A stretch of DNA of 64,000 nucleotides from Gammaproteobacteria bacterium (GCA_965238175.1 CBDEGZ010000003.1:1824001-1888000); one strand, 5' to 3'; counted from the first letter of the stretch, positions 1 to 10,158 are shown. Made by a program: numbers and translations. Notes: generated by a model from the sequence alone, not told the origin.

Positions 1-218
1 TTCATTGTTTCTAGTTGATAAGCTGTCTTTGCCGAACACCGTAGTTGTAGGCCTTGTCGAGAGATATCAAAAGCATGTCCGGTAAGGATCTTTTCATCAG
101 GATTTTTGATCAAAATACGACGTTTAATCTGGTAACGTTGATATTTTCTATGTTCTTTATTTCGTACGCTATGGAAAGGGATTTGAAAAATTGAGTTGAT
201 GCTATCTTGTCTGGACAT
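1..218 (-). CDS. PilZ-domain c-di-GMP-binding protein (runs off window start)
   Basis: Manual translation MSRQDSINSIFQIPFHSVRNKEHRKYQRYQ...TGHAFDISRQGLQL shows the RxxxR and DxSxxG PilZ motifs; AGGAG RBS at about 230-234. Confidence 0.8.
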   Translation of the reverse strand, partial: MSRQDSINSIFQIPFHSVRNKEHRKYQRYQIKRRILIKNPDEKILTGHAFDISRQGLQLRCSAKTAYQLETM

Positions 219-265
219 AACTTTAACTACTCCTTTAGTTAAATATTGACGTTATTTAAAAATGA

Positions 266-487
266 TCAGTGGTGGCTGTTTACCCTGAATAACATTTGAG
301 TCACTTTGCTCATACCTAAAGAAAGAAAAGCAGTGACGAGGAAGATGAAGAAACCAGCAAGATAGATTATTTGATCATATTCATTGCTGATTACAAAGTA
401 CAAGCCAAGGCATAGGATTGAGCCTATCAGTGAAAAGATACCCAAAATCATAAGAACTGGGATATACCATGGGGTAGAAATTTGCAT
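266..487 (-). CDS. small two-TM membrane protein
   Basis: 73-aa ORF with two hydrophobic helices, downstream of a sigma54 motif and co-oriented with the PilZ gene. Confidence 0.65.
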   Translation of the reverse strand: MQISTPWYIPVLMILGIFSLIGSILCLGLYFVISNEYDQIIYLAGFFIFLVTAFLSLGMSKVTQMLFRVNSHH

Positions 488-530
488 TTATAAAAACGTC
501 CATTTAGTTGTTTCGATATATCTATATAGG

Positions 531-546
531 AGCAATTGGTGTGCCA
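531..546 (-). promoter_or_regulatory. sigma54 -24/-12 promoter
   Basis: Minus strand reads TGGCACACCAATTGCT, matching TGGCAC-N5-TTGCW. Confidence 0.75.
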
Positions 547-679
547 GGTATTTTTAGCTATATTTATATTAATGAATTAGGTTGCTAAAGATATATAACT
601 AATTAATATATATAGATAAATATTCTAGTGTTGAATTACTGATGTTTTTTTCTCATCAGAATACTATTTTGATTTTTAC

Positions 680-709
680 AAAAAGCGTCTCTTTAAGGAG
701 ACGCTTTTG
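680..709. terminator. intrinsic-terminator-like hairpin
   Basis: AAAAGCGTCTC-tttaag-GAGACGCTTTT inverted repeat with T/A tracts on both sides. Confidence 0.55.
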
Positions 710-829
710 AGTGTTTTTAAAAAGGTTGATTTAGAATTTATCGCATGTCATTCTATCTACAGATAGATACAATATAGGTACAGAATACATCAGGCAGCAT
801 AGCTATCCAATTTTTGTTTCGAGGCGTGT

Positions 830-2179
830 ATGAAGCAGCAATCAGTTCCAACAACTCTTTCAAAAGGTTCCAAATCAGTTGATTCAAGCTTACATGATCA
901 TGAATTAGCACCCGTTGCTGGAGGGGGTTTACTTGACCGTCGATTATTCTTAAAGCGCGGACTTGTTTTCGGTGCTGCGAGCGTTGCAAGTGGAGCTACA
1001 GCAACAAAACTACTGGCGAAAGAGGGTGCCTCTGAATCCATTGTAGGTAGAACGCCTTCAATGTTAAAGCCAGGGAAAGCTTTCAGTAATTATGGGAAAC
1101 CATCGCCATACGAAGATAAAACGATCCGTTGGGTCTCGGCGAATACGATGGCGGGTGGTAATGGCGTGTCCTGGTGCCCACTCCACGAGCTGGAAGGTAT
1201 GATCACACCGAATGGATTGCATTATGAACGGCATCATAATGGTGTCCCAGATATTGATCCTGCAGAACATAAATTACTTGTTCATGGCATGGTTGAAAAG
1301 CCGCTGACTTTTTCTATTGAGGATCTGATGCGGTATCCACGCGAGTCGCGGATCTGTTTTATAGAATGTGGTGGGAACAGTAATGCAGCTTGGGCTAAAA
1401 AACCGGTTCAGTCTGAAGCAGGTTATTTTCATGGCCTGGTTTCTTGCAGTGAATGGACCGGCGTACCGTTATCAGTCATTTTAAACGAGGCGGGAATTGA
1501 TCCAAAAGCTGCCTGGTTGATTGCTGAAGCGGCTGACGGCATCTCAATGAATGTCAGTATCCCGGTAGAAAAAGCCATGGATGATGCAATACTCGCTTTG
1601 TATCAAAATGGTGAACGAATACGACCTGAAAATGGTTATCCTTTGCGATTACTACTTCCGGGTTGGGAAGGGGTAACCAATGTGAAATGGCTACGGCGAT
1701 TACAAGTGGCAGATCAACCGATTATGTCTCGAAATGAAACTGCAAAATATACCGAACTATTGCCCTCAGGAAAAGCGAGACAGTTTACATTCGAAATGGA
1801 GGCCAAATCATTGATTACCTCACCGAGTGGTGGCCAACAAATGCCCGGTAAAGGCTATTTCCAAATCACAGGTCTGGCGTGGTCAGGAAAAGGCAAAATA
1901 ACCAAGGTTGAAGTTTCTGCTGATGGTGGTGAAACCTGGGCGGAAGCACAATTGCAAGATCCTGTTCTCTCAAAAGCTTTTACGCGATTTAGAATTCCCT
2001 GGCGTTGGACGGGTGAGTCAGTAGTGATCAAAAGTAGAGCCACTGATGAAACGGGTTACGTACAGCCCGAGCGAGATGTGTTAGTTGAAGAACGTGGCAG
2101 ACATGGATACTTTCACTACAATGCTATTGTGAGCTGGCTCATTGCTGAAGAGGGTTTTGTAAGTCATGTCTATGCCTAA
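830..2179 (+). CDS. soxC: sulfite/sulfane dehydrogenase molybdopterin subunit (SoxC/SorA family)
   Basis: Tat motif DRRLFLK; ITPNGLHYERHHNG; Mo-ligand CGGN; YPLRLLLPGWEG; ITGLAWSG. Confidence 0.88.
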   Translation: MKQQSVPTTLSKGSKSVDSSLHDHELAPVAGGGLLDRRLFLKRGLVFGAASVASGATATKLLAKEGASESIVGRTPSMLKPGKAFSNYGKPSPYEDKTIRWVSANTMAGGNGVSWCPLHELEGMITPNGLHYERHHNGVPDIDPAEHKLLVHGMVEKPLTFSIEDLMRYPRESRICFIECGGNSNAAWAKKPVQSEAGYFHGLVSCSEWTGVPLSVILNEAGIDPKAAWLIAEAADGISMNVSIPVEKAMDDAILALYQNGERIRPENGYPLRLLLPGWEGVTNVKWLRRLQVADQPIMSRNETAKYTELLPSGKARQFTFEMEAKSLITSPSGGQQMPGKGYFQITGLAWSGKGKITKVEVSADGGETWAEAQLQDPVLSKAFTRFRIPWRWTGESVVIKSRATDETGYVQPERDVLVEERGRHGYFHYNAIVSWLIAEEGFVSHVYA

Positions 2180-2744
2180 AATCTTATTCGTGATTTTTAT
2201 AAGCTGGTCGGTGTCTGTATACGCAGAGTGCGATCAAGATCATAACCATAGTAATAAAGATAACGAAAACGGTCCGATGTTAGGTCCTGAATTAGGCAAT
2301 CCAGCCTCAAAAGAATTGATCAAAGCATGGGATCAAAGCATTTTTCCAGATGGTAAAGGTTTACCGGTTGGAAAAGGTTCTGTTGAACAAGGTGAAGGCA
2401 TTTATAAACTCCAATGTGCTATTTGTCATGGGCCGGGAGCCATTGGTGGAACTGCTGAAGAACTCGCCGGTGGACAACAAGGCCTAACGGGTGAATATCC
2501 AGATAAAATAGTCGGTGTTTACTGGCCTTTTGCGACAACATTGTTTGGTTTCATCAAGCGAGCAATGCCACTAAATGCACCGGGATCACTCTCTGATGAT
2601 CAAACCTACGCGCTTACTGCTTACTTATTAAATTTGAATGATATTGTTGAAGAAGGTGCCACTTTGAGTAACGAGACTTTGTCTAAAGTTGAGATGCCGA
2701 ATCGTGATGGTTTTATTTGGATTTATCCAGAACAGGAAAATTAG
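2166..2744 (+). CDS. soxD: monoheme cytochrome c, SoxD-like
   Basis: Signal peptide; PDGKGLPVGKGS; single CAICH; YWPFATTLF..AMP; overlaps the soxC stop. Confidence 0.8.
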   Translation: MSMPKILFVIFISWSVSVYAECDQDHNHSNKDNENGPMLGPELGNPASKELIKAWDQSIFPDGKGLPVGKGSVEQGEGIYKLQCAICHGPGAIGGTAEELAGGQQGLTGEYPDKIVGVYWPFATTLFGFIKRAMPLNAPGSLSDDQTYALTAYLLNLNDIVEEGATLSNETLSKVEMPNRDGFIWIYPEQEN

Positions 2745-2851
2745 TAGTGAAATTCTTTGTTGATTACTTCAAGATGCAAGATGCGAGGAATAATATTTTG
2801 TATATGTAAGAAGAGAATACAGAGAATTCAGACTCATAAAGTTAGATATTT

Positions 2852-3073
2852 ATGAGTCTGAAAGACAAAATTTTAAATTGGTATGAAGGAGAATTTGTTC
2901 CATACGAAAATGATCCTGGCTCGGGTATTGTTATATTTGGTGGTCAATATGAACGACATTGGACAGCGAATACTGTTCGCTCACTTATTGCTTTTTATCT
3001 TATGCACTGGAAGTGGTTATGGGATTTTTGTGCATCCATGTTCGGTTTATACATAGCCTATCTAAAACGTTAA
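2852..3073 (+). CDS. hypothetical small protein, possible integron cassette ORF
   Basis: 73-aa ORF whose ATG lies 4 nt after GTTAGAT (2841-2847); followed by an attC-like element. Confidence 0.55.
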   Translation: MSLKDKILNWYEGEFVPYENDPGSGIVIFGGQYERHWTANTVRSLIAFYLMHWKWLWDFCASMFGLYIAYLKR

Positions 3074-3113
3074 CTATCAGACTATGAGAACACAGACAAA
3101 GCAATTATAAATC

Positions 3114-3182
3114 ATCTACAAAAGTCTCAAAAGCGTGGGCTGGATGTGTAAAAGAAGCAGACCATTTGTTGAGACGTTAGAA
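3114..3182 (+). mobile_element. degenerate attC-like recombination site
   Basis: ATCTA(-)C inverse core, GTCTCAA...TTGAGAC arms, terminal GTTAGAA; internal AAGCGTGGGCTGGA resembles marine gammaproteobacterial attC sites (from memory). Confidence 0.5.
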
Positions 3183-3192
3183 CAGAAAACGA

Positions 3193-3360
3193 ATGGATAT
3201 CACAACAAATATACTAATCGGAATACCAATCGTTATTTGGTTATGGCTGTCACTCAGGAACCACTGCGGCAAAATTTGATAGCACACTTGATCCATTTCA
3301 AAGAAAGGCTCAAATAACAATTGTGTGGCTTTTCCATTTCTTGAGGCTTCTCTAATTATT
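3193..3360 (+). pseudogene. frameshifted small membrane protein (second cassette remnant)
   Basis: MDITTNILIGIPIVIWLWLSL, then in shifted frames TTAAKFDSTLDPFQRKAQITIVWLF and FLEASLII. Confidence 0.45.
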
Positions 3361-3976
3361 TACTAATCGCTTCACTCTCAATCAACAATTCTAAAACTGC
3401 TTCAGCCATTTGGTAATAACCTTTAGCATTTGGATGAACTGCATCCGATTTTAATTCATTATTCGAAATGATCTCTGACAAAACCCCAGTTTTGATCGGG
3501 ATTTGCATTTCAGCGGCTATCTCTTCATAAAAGGTTGCAGGGCTTAAAAAAATCCCAGGTTTAGGTACCGATAACAATACAACTTGAGACTGACTATCTT
3601 TGATCATTTTAATCATGGTTTTTAGATTATTTATGATCTGAGACTTATCCAATTTTTGTAGCAGATCATTGCCGCCATGACAGAGGATAACCAGATCTGG
3701 TTTATATTTTTTGAGCAAACCAGTCAAACGATTTTTCCCTTCAATTGAAATTTCACCAGGGATTCCAGCATTGATCACCTTTATGCCTGTTAATTGATTC
3801 AAAACTGCGGGATAACTTTTTTGTTTGGAGGCTCCAGTTCCATAGGTCAAACTGTCGCCGAAAGCTAAAATAGTTGCGGAAGGTTTAAGTGGTTTGAGCT
3901 CAGGTTGTTCGCCACCACAATTAGCGATAAAGAACAACAAACTGATCAAAACCAGAAATGCAAGCTTTAGTTTCAT
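3356..3976 (-). CDS. GDSL/SGNH arylesterase (TesA-like), probable lipoprotein
   Basis: FGDSLT, NAGIPG, GGND and DAVHPN SGNH blocks. Confidence 0.9.
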   Translation of the reverse strand: MKLKLAFLVLISLLFFIANCGGEQPELKPLKPSATILAFGDSLTYGTGASKQKSYPAVLNQLTGIKVINAGIPGEISIEGKNRLTGLLKKYKPDLVILCHGGNDLLQKLDKSQIINNLKTMIKMIKDSQSQVVLLSVPKPGIFLSPATFYEEIAAEMQIPIKTGVLSEIISNNELKSDAVHPNAKGYYQMAEAVLELLIESEAISK

Positions 3977-4002
3977 TCCCGCTTAAGCTTCAATCTGGGA
4001 AC

Positions 4003-5589
4003 TTAGTTGACATTTGTATTTTCGAAATATAGTACCAGCGGTTGATCACCGGTAACTTTAGCATTGAAAGTTACACCTTCTGGGATTATCAAGTGATCTC
4101 CTGCATTTAGATCATATATTTCATTATCAATAGTAAGTGTAAAAGTTCCTGAATAAACTGCGAACAAAGTTCGTTGTGAAAACCGCTGATCTTGAAAAAC
4201 CGTATTAGCAGGAACTTCTTCATTCATGGTCGCATAGCCTTTGTTAAACAGGGCCATCTCAAAGTTTTCTTCGTTTAAATCACCATCTCTTGGCTGATCC
4301 CACGGGATGATTTTTATGTCGTTATTACCATTGCGATAGGGGATAACGCGGTTACCACCCTGAAATTCAGCTTCATAATTGGCCGCTTCCGCATGTTCAT
4401 ATAGCTCATCAAGTTCAATTCTCCGGTCAGGGATTTTAGTTGCTACACCAGCGTGGATGGTTATTTGTTTTTCTATATCGGTCATCAAATTTAATTCGTT
4501 AACTGTATTGCGAATATTATCAACGATACGTGTTGCATCCTGAGCATGGGCTCCGACTAAAAGTAGCGCAAAGTTAGCTTCACCATCCAGGTGAGCTGGC
4601 AGATCACCAGCTCGACGACCATGAGATTTAATTGATGCACCGACTTTTTTCAGTACTGAGAGTATAGATTTTTGGTCTTTTACTCGTTTTAGCTCTTGAA
4701 AATGATCGACCGTTATATATGCAAGAGTAATGGGATCTTTGCTTCGAGCAGAGCGTTGCCATTCCTGGCTGATCGTTTCTGTAAAGGTTCTTTGATTAGG
4801 AAGGTTGGTAACAGGATCAATACGGATTTGTGAGCGTAAGGAATTGATCAATGATTTACTTCGTTTGTGCCAAACATGTAAGTCTTTTGTTGTTTTGTTG
4901 AGGGTTGTGACTGTTTCTTCATGTTCTAGATTGGTTGCTCTCAAACTTGTCTGTAATTTTTTTGATTCTTTGATCAACGTGTCATATTCATGGTTTAGAT
5001 CATTAAGTTGAATTTGTGCACGAATTCCATCTTTCGAAGCACGACGGAAAAATAACAAAATAAGGAAAAGAAAAGCAGCTATTGCGATTAAGGTAACTGT
5101 CGCGGGAGGATTCCATGGATAAGACTGTTCATTTAGACCTAAAACAGTTAGGCCAACGGCAGGTAGAGTGAAGCCTAAGTAGTACGTTAGTTTATTTGAA
5201 TAGCTGGTAGCGACCAGGATTGTCAGTCCTATAAGCCAGATCAATAATCCCAATTTATGCAGATCAGAATTGATAGACGAAGCAAAATATCCAGCGACAC
5301 CCCACAAAACTCCAGAAAAAATAAGTAATAGGAAGAATATAAATGAGCGTAACCCCCCAACTTCATCAGATTTCTCAAAACTAACAATTAATATGCGTAA
5401 CAGGTAAAGAGTGGCAGCAGATGCTAGCCAATAAAATAGGTAAGTTTGATAAACTAAGCCATTGAATAATTTAGATATAATCAATGTCGAGATTATGCCT
5501 AGAATAATTTCTGGCCAAGCACGTTTGAATACTATTGCTGAGATTTCTTTGTTAATGTTTGGGGGGATGGTTTTGTCAGTATCTAACAT
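4003..5589 (-). CDS. membrane protein with degenerate GGDEF domain and C-terminal cupin
   Basis: N-terminal TM helices, coiled coil, DPVTNLPNQRTF, RAGD I-site, DGEANF in place of GGDEF, cupin-like LNAGDHLIIPEG. Confidence 0.8.
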   Translation of the reverse strand: MLDTDKTIPPNINKEISAIVFKRAWPEIILGIISTLIISKLFNGLVYQTYLFYWLASAATLYLLRILIVSFEKSDEVGGLRSFIFFLLLIFSGVLWGVAGYFASSINSDLHKLGLLIWLIGLTILVATSYSNKLTYYLGFTLPAVGLTVLGLNEQSYPWNPPATVTLIAIAAFLFLILLFFRRASKDGIRAQIQLNDLNHEYDTLIKESKKLQTSLRATNLEHEETVTTLNKTTKDLHVWHKRSKSLINSLRSQIRIDPVTNLPNQRTFTETISQEWQRSARSKDPITLAYITVDHFQELKRVKDQKSILSVLKKVGASIKSHGRRAGDLPAHLDGEANFALLLVGAHAQDATRIVDNIRNTVNELNLMTDIEKQITIHAGVATKIPDRRIELDELYEHAEAANYEAEFQGGNRVIPYRNGNNDIKIIPWDQPRDGDLNEENFEMALFNKGYATMNEEVPANTVFQDQRFSQRTLFAVYSGTFTLTIDNEIYDLNAGDHLIIPEGVTFNAKVTGDQPLVLYFENTNVN

Positions 5590-5859
5590 AATTGTTTGAA
5601 AACACTCAATATTTTATCGATATTCTAATAACTGGAATTATACGACTTGTGATTATACGTTAATTTGGATAAAAAGCTTTTTAGAGAATTATTAGAACTT
5701 TTTTATTTAATAGGAAAAATGAATGCATATTTTTCATCAGCTAATGTATAGAAAAAAGATCATTTATTGTTAGATAAATATCTGAAAAGACTCCCGAAAA
5801 ACACTTCAACCTGATAGACTTCACGCCCTTTGAGTATACCATCATCACCCGGAGCATGA

Positions 5860-7404
5860 ATGTTTCAATTAATCACCTCGAAAACAGCAAGTTTAAAATC
5901 TGATCTACTATCCGGATTGACTGTTGCTCTTGCATTAGTACCTGAGGCGGTAGCGTTTGCATTTGTCGCAGGTGTTGAGCCATTGGTTGGATTATATGCG
6001 GCGTTTATGGTTGGATTAATCACCGCAACGATTGGTGGACGCCCTGGGATGATTTCAGGAGCCACGGGTGCGCTAGCGGTTGTTATGGTCAGCTTGGTTG
6101 CACAACATGGTGTTGAATATTTGTTCGCAGCCGTTGTACTGATGGGGATTCTCCAAGTGTTTGCGGGTGTGTTCGGCTTAGGAAAATTCATCCGCATGGT
6201 TCCTCATCCTGTAATGCTTGGATTTGTAAATGGTTTGGCGATTGTGATCTTCCTAGCACAACTGAAGCAATTTCAGGTTTTAGATGGCAATGGTGACATG
6301 GTTTGGCTGCAGGGGAGTACCTTGCTGTTGATGCTAGGTTTGGTTGGCATGACCATGATGATCATTTTTCTATTACCGAAATTCACTCGCGTGTTGCCGG
6401 CATCTCTAGTCGCGATTGTATCCGTATCGTTGCTTGCATTAGGCTTGGATCTTGATACACATAACGTTCAGGATGTCTTAAGAAATATGACGGGCGATCC
6501 TGCTGCAACGTTAGCGGGTGGTTTCCCAGAGTTTCATTTTCCAACAGTTCCACTTAATCTCGAAACATTGAAAATCATACTTCCATATTCAATCATTCTC
6601 GCTGGTGTTGGTTTGATCGAATCCTTGTTGACCTTAACTCTTATTGACGAATTGACTGAAACTCGAGGACGCGGTAACAAAGAGTGTATAGGGCAGGGTG
6701 TTGCAAATGTTGCTACTGGATTTTTTGGTGGCATGGGTGGCTGCGCAATGATTGGTCAAAGTATGATCAATATTAATTCTGGTGGACGTGGTCGAGCTTC
6801 AGGAATTTTTGCAGCACTTTGTTTGCTTGGATTTATACTTGTAGGTTCAACCTTGATCGAAAATATTCCGGTTGCGGCATTGGTAGGTGTAATGTTCATG
6901 GTTGTTTTAGGTACATTTGAGTGGGCAAGTTTTAACCTGCTTGGAAAAATCCCATTAGCAGATACTTTCGTTGGAATTTTAGTTGCAGTCGTGACTGTTA
7001 TGACAGATCTTGCTATCGCAGTTATTACAGGTGTGATCGTTTCGGCCCTTATTTTTGCCTGGCAGCATGCCAAGCATATGGTGGTAGAAACGCGATCTGA
7101 AAATGACGGGAAGACTAAAATATATTTGCCATACGGGCCATTATTTTTTGGATCAGTCAGTTATTTCAATGACTTCTTTGATCCCGGCAGTGATCCGGAT
7201 GATGTGATTATTGATTTCGTGAATTCACGTGTAATGGATCATTCGGGCTTAGAAGCAATTGATTCGCTTGCAGATAAATATCTGAAAGCTGGAAAGACCT
7301 TGCATTTAAGACATCTAAGTCCTGAATGTCGTTCATTATTGGAAAAAGCGGGTAATTTAGTTGAAGTGAATGTCATGGAAGATCCAATTTATACCGTTGC
7401 CTAA
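5860..7404 (+). CDS. SulP/SLC26 anion transporter with STAS domain
   Basis: [44 protein letters not shown]. Confidence 0.93.
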   Translation: MFQLITSKTASLKSDLLSGLTVALALVPEAVAFAFVAGVEPLVGLYAAFMVGLITATIGGRPGMISGATGALAVVMVSLVAQHGVEYLFAAVVLMGILQVFAGVFGLGKFIRMVPHPVMLGFVNGLAIVIFLAQLKQFQVLDGNGDMVWLQGSTLLLMLGLVGMTMMIIFLLPKFTRVLPASLVAIVSVSLLALGLDLDTHNVQDVLRNMTGDPAATLAGGFPEFHFPTVPLNLETLKIILPYSIILAGVGLIESLLTLTLIDELTETRGRGNKECIGQGVANVATGFFGGMGGCAMIGQSMININSGGRGRASGIFAALCLLGFILVGSTLIENIPVAALVGVMFMVVLGTFEWASFNLLGKIPLADTFVGILVAVVTVMTDLAIAVITGVIVSALIFAWQHAKHMVVETRSENDGKTKIYLPYGPLFFGSVSYFNDFFDPGSDPDDVIIDFVNSRVMDHSGLEAIDSLADKYLKAGKTLHLRHLSPECRSLLEKAGNLVEVNVMEDPIYTVA

Positions 7405-7426
7405 GTGGTTACTAATAGTTGCTTGA

Positions 7427-8260
7427 TTAGTTAGGAGCCTGGCGATGTTTGCAATCGAGTTGGAAGATCCTGCAATCATCTAATCTTAATGCGGTCAGTT
7501 CACCTCCCCACAAACAACCGGTATCAATCGGGAAGACATTATTTTCGGCTACGTTCACTTCGGCTAGTTTATGTGTCGACCAATGGCCAAAGATAATTTT
7601 AAGTTCTTTGCTCTGACGATCTTTGATTTCATACCAGGGCTGTAGTCCTTGTGTCTGACTACCGGGTGGGCCTTTTTGATCAAAATTCATCCGGCCATTT
7701 TGTTCACAATATCGAACCCGAGTAAAAAAGTTCGTTATGCAGCGTAATCGTTCCCAGCCGGTTAAATCATCAGACCAGATATTCGGCTGGTTACCATAAA
7801 TTCTTGCCAGGTAATGTTTGTAGTCTTCGCTAATTAAAACATCTTCAACTTCTTTAGCTAATGATTTGATTTTGTTAAAATTCCATTGTGGTGAAATGCC
7901 AGCATGCACCATTGAATAATCTAAGTTTTGATCATGATGGAACAGAGGTTGTCGCCTTAACCAATCGAGCAATTCATCACGATCAGAAGCAGCGAATATC
8001 GCATCAAATGTATCTTTACGATGTGCTTTTCCTGCTTGATCTGCAGCGAGCAGATGAATGTCATGGTTACCAAGCACTGAGACGGCCTTATCACCAAGAG
8101 AGGCTATAAAACGTAGCGTTTCTAATGATTGAGAGCCTCGGTTAACTAAATCTCCAGCAAACCATAAATGATCATGTTCTGCTGAAAATCCAATGAGGCT
8201 AAGTAGATCGTTTAATTCTTGAAAACAGCCTTGAATATCACCAATTGCATAAGTTGCCAT
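7427..8260 (-). CDS. apaH: symmetrical bis(5'-nucleosyl)-tetraphosphatase
   Basis: MATYAIGDIQGC, GDLVNRG, VLGNHD, FGHW, DTGCLWGG. Confidence 0.95.
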   Translation of the reverse strand: MATYAIGDIQGCFQELNDLLSLIGFSAEHDHLWFAGDLVNRGSQSLETLRFIASLGDKAVSVLGNHDIHLLAADQAGKAHRKDTFDAIFAASDRDELLDWLRRQPLFHHDQNLDYSMVHAGISPQWNFNKIKSLAKEVEDVLISEDYKHYLARIYGNQPNIWSDDLTGWERLRCITNFFTRVRYCEQNGRMNFDQKGPPGSQTQGLQPWYEIKDRQSKELKIIFGHWSTHKLAEVNVAENNVFPIDTGCLWGGELTALRLDDCRIFQLDCKHRQAPN

Positions 8261-8268
8261 AATTACAA

Positions 8269-9774
8269 TTATGCTTTATCTCGATCAAGCCTGCGATAAG
8301 AAATTGCTTCTGTAAGGTGAACTGTCTGGATATGTTCTGAGTTTTCAAGATCCGCTATGGTTCTTGAAACTTTACGAATACGATTAATTGATCGCGCTGA
8401 TAAGTTTAGTTTTTGCATTGCTGATTGCAACAAGGTTTTATCCTTATCATATAAAGTACAAGTCTCTGTTAGTTCTTTTTCAGAGAGTAAGTGATTAGAT
8501 TTACCCTGACGAGATAGCTGACGATTTCTAGCATATTCAACTCTTTGTCGGATCGTATCACTTGTTTCTCCACTTGGCGCATCATCTAGCAATGCCGAGT
8601 CTTTAACGTTCATGACTTCGATGTGTAGATCAATTCTGTCCAGCAAAGGGCCAGAAATTTTTGATTGATAACGAAGGATTTGATCGGGACTACAATGACA
8701 ACGGCCGCCTTTATCACCATGATAACCACAAGGACAGGGATTCATTGCCGCAACCATCTGAAAACTTGCAGGAAATCTGGCTTGATGCGCTGCTCGTGAA
8801 ATATTGATATGGCCTGTTTCTAGCGGCTCTCGCAAGACTTCGAGCACTTTTCGATCAAATTCTGGAAGCTCGTCTAAAAATAATACGCCATTGTGCGACA
8901 GAGAAATTTCGCCGGGCTTAGGTTGACTGCCTCCCCCGACCAACGCAACAGCTGAAGTTGTATGGTGAGGAGATCTAAAAGGTCGTTGTTTCCAATTTTC
9001 GGTAGACAGATTTTGCGTGATCGACGCAATAGAGGCTGTTTCGATTGCTTCCTCTTCAGTCATTTCGGGTAATATACCGGGCAAGCGACTAGCAAGCATG
9101 GTTTTACCGGTACCAGGAGGCCCAATAAACAATAGGTTATGACCACCAGCAGCTGCAATTTCTAACGCACGTTTAGCATGTTGTTGGCCCTTCACATCAG
9201 AAAGATCTGGTATGTTTTCAGGTTCTGCGTTTTTTTTCATGTGTGAATATTCGGGAATCACATTAGATTGATCAAGATGTGCACAAACATCGAGCAGATG
9301 TTTAGCCGGATTAATGATAGCTCCTTTAATCAGCGAGGCTTCTTCAGCATTTTCTAACGGTAAGGTGATGGGGCGATCTGCATTTTTTGCTGCAATGGTA
9401 AAGGGGAGTACGCCAGGAATAGAGCGTAATTCACCGGTTAAGGCAAGTTCACCGACAAATTCTCGCAGGATCAGATTTTCTTTTGGGATTTGATCAGAGG
9501 CGGCAAGAATACCTAAAGCGATGGGTAAATCATAGCGTCCACCTTGTTTAGGTAAATCAGCGGGAGCCAGATTGATTGTTATGCGTTTTAGTGGAAAATC
9601 GAAACGGCTGTTGATAATTGCACTTCTAACTCGGTCTTTGCTTTCTTTTACGGTCGCTTCGGGTAATCCAACGATAGATAAACTAGGTAAGCCATTAGAA
9701 AGGTGAACTTCGATTGTGACGAGTGGAGCTTCAACTCCTAACTGTGCACGACTATAGACAATGGCAATGCTCAT
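8269..9774 (-). CDS. comM: YifB/ComM Mg-chelatase-like AAA+ ATPase
   Basis: [41 protein letters not shown]. Confidence 0.93.
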   Translation of the reverse strand: MSIAIVYSRAQLGVEAPLVTIEVHLSNGLPSLSIVGLPEATVKESKDRVRSAIINSRFDFPLKRITINLAPADLPKQGGRYDLPIALGILAASDQIPKENLILREFVGELALTGELRSIPGVLPFTIAAKNADRPITLPLENAEEASLIKGAIINPAKHLLDVCAHLDQSNVIPEYSHMKKNAEPENIPDLSDVKGQQHAKRALEIAAAGGHNLLFIGPPGTGKTMLASRLPGILPEMTEEEAIETASIASITQNLSTENWKQRPFRSPHHTTSAVALVGGGSQPKPGEISLSHNGVLFLDELPEFDRKVLEVLREPLETGHINISRAAHQARFPASFQMVAAMNPCPCGYHGDKGGRCHCSPDQILRYQSKISGPLLDRIDLHIEVMNVKDSALLDDAPSGETSDTIRQRVEYARNRQLSRQGKSNHLLSEKELTETCTLYDKDKTLLQSAMQKLNLSARSINRIRKVSRTIADLENSEHIQTVHLTEAISYRRLDRDKA

Positions 9775-9808
9775 ACATGCTTCCTTCCTTGGAAATGTTA
9801 TTTAGGAT

Positions 9809-10087
9809 TTAATCTTTAGTTCCTGATTCTAATTCTTCCAGACGTTTTTCAAGTTGTTCAAGCCTCGTGCGCGTTCTAGTGAGTAGTTCTGTTTGAATTT
9901 GAAAGTCTTCACGAGTGACAAGATCCATTCTTTCAAGTGCTGACGCTAAACCTGTGCGTAAATTATTTTTAAGATCATCTGCTAAGGCTTTACCACCTGA
10001 AGGTAATGAAGAGGTGATTTTTTCAGCAAGTGACTCAATTGTTGTTGTATTTATCATATCTTTCTTCGTTGTTGTGCGTATATGCAC
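9809..10087 (-). CDS. ubiK: ubiquinone biosynthesis accessory factor (YqiC); real start probably about 10057
   Basis: MDLVTREDFQIQTELLTRTRTRLEQLEKRL; usual position between comM and glnK. Confidence 0.88.
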   Translation of the reverse strand: MHIRTTTKKDMINTTTIESLAEKITSSLPSGGKALADDLKNNLRTGLASALERMDLVTREDFQIQTELLTRTRTRLEQLEKRLEELESGTKD

Positions 10088-10112
10088 TATATCACGAGTT
10101 AGTAATTCTAAA

Positions 10113-10158
10113 AGCTCACCTTGGGTGCAAAATTATTCTGCTGCACTAATTTAGTGCA
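10113..10158. promoter_or_regulatory. tandem NtrC binding sites
   Basis: TGCACTAATTTAGTGCA (10142-10158, TGCAC-N7-GTGCA palindrome) and a weaker AGCTCACCTTGGGTGCA (10113-10129). Confidence 0.8.

Noticed and set aside
3135-3317. 60-aa ORF from the track
   Set aside because: Starts inside the attC-like element; the protein-like signal lies in other frames (frameshifted membrane protein)
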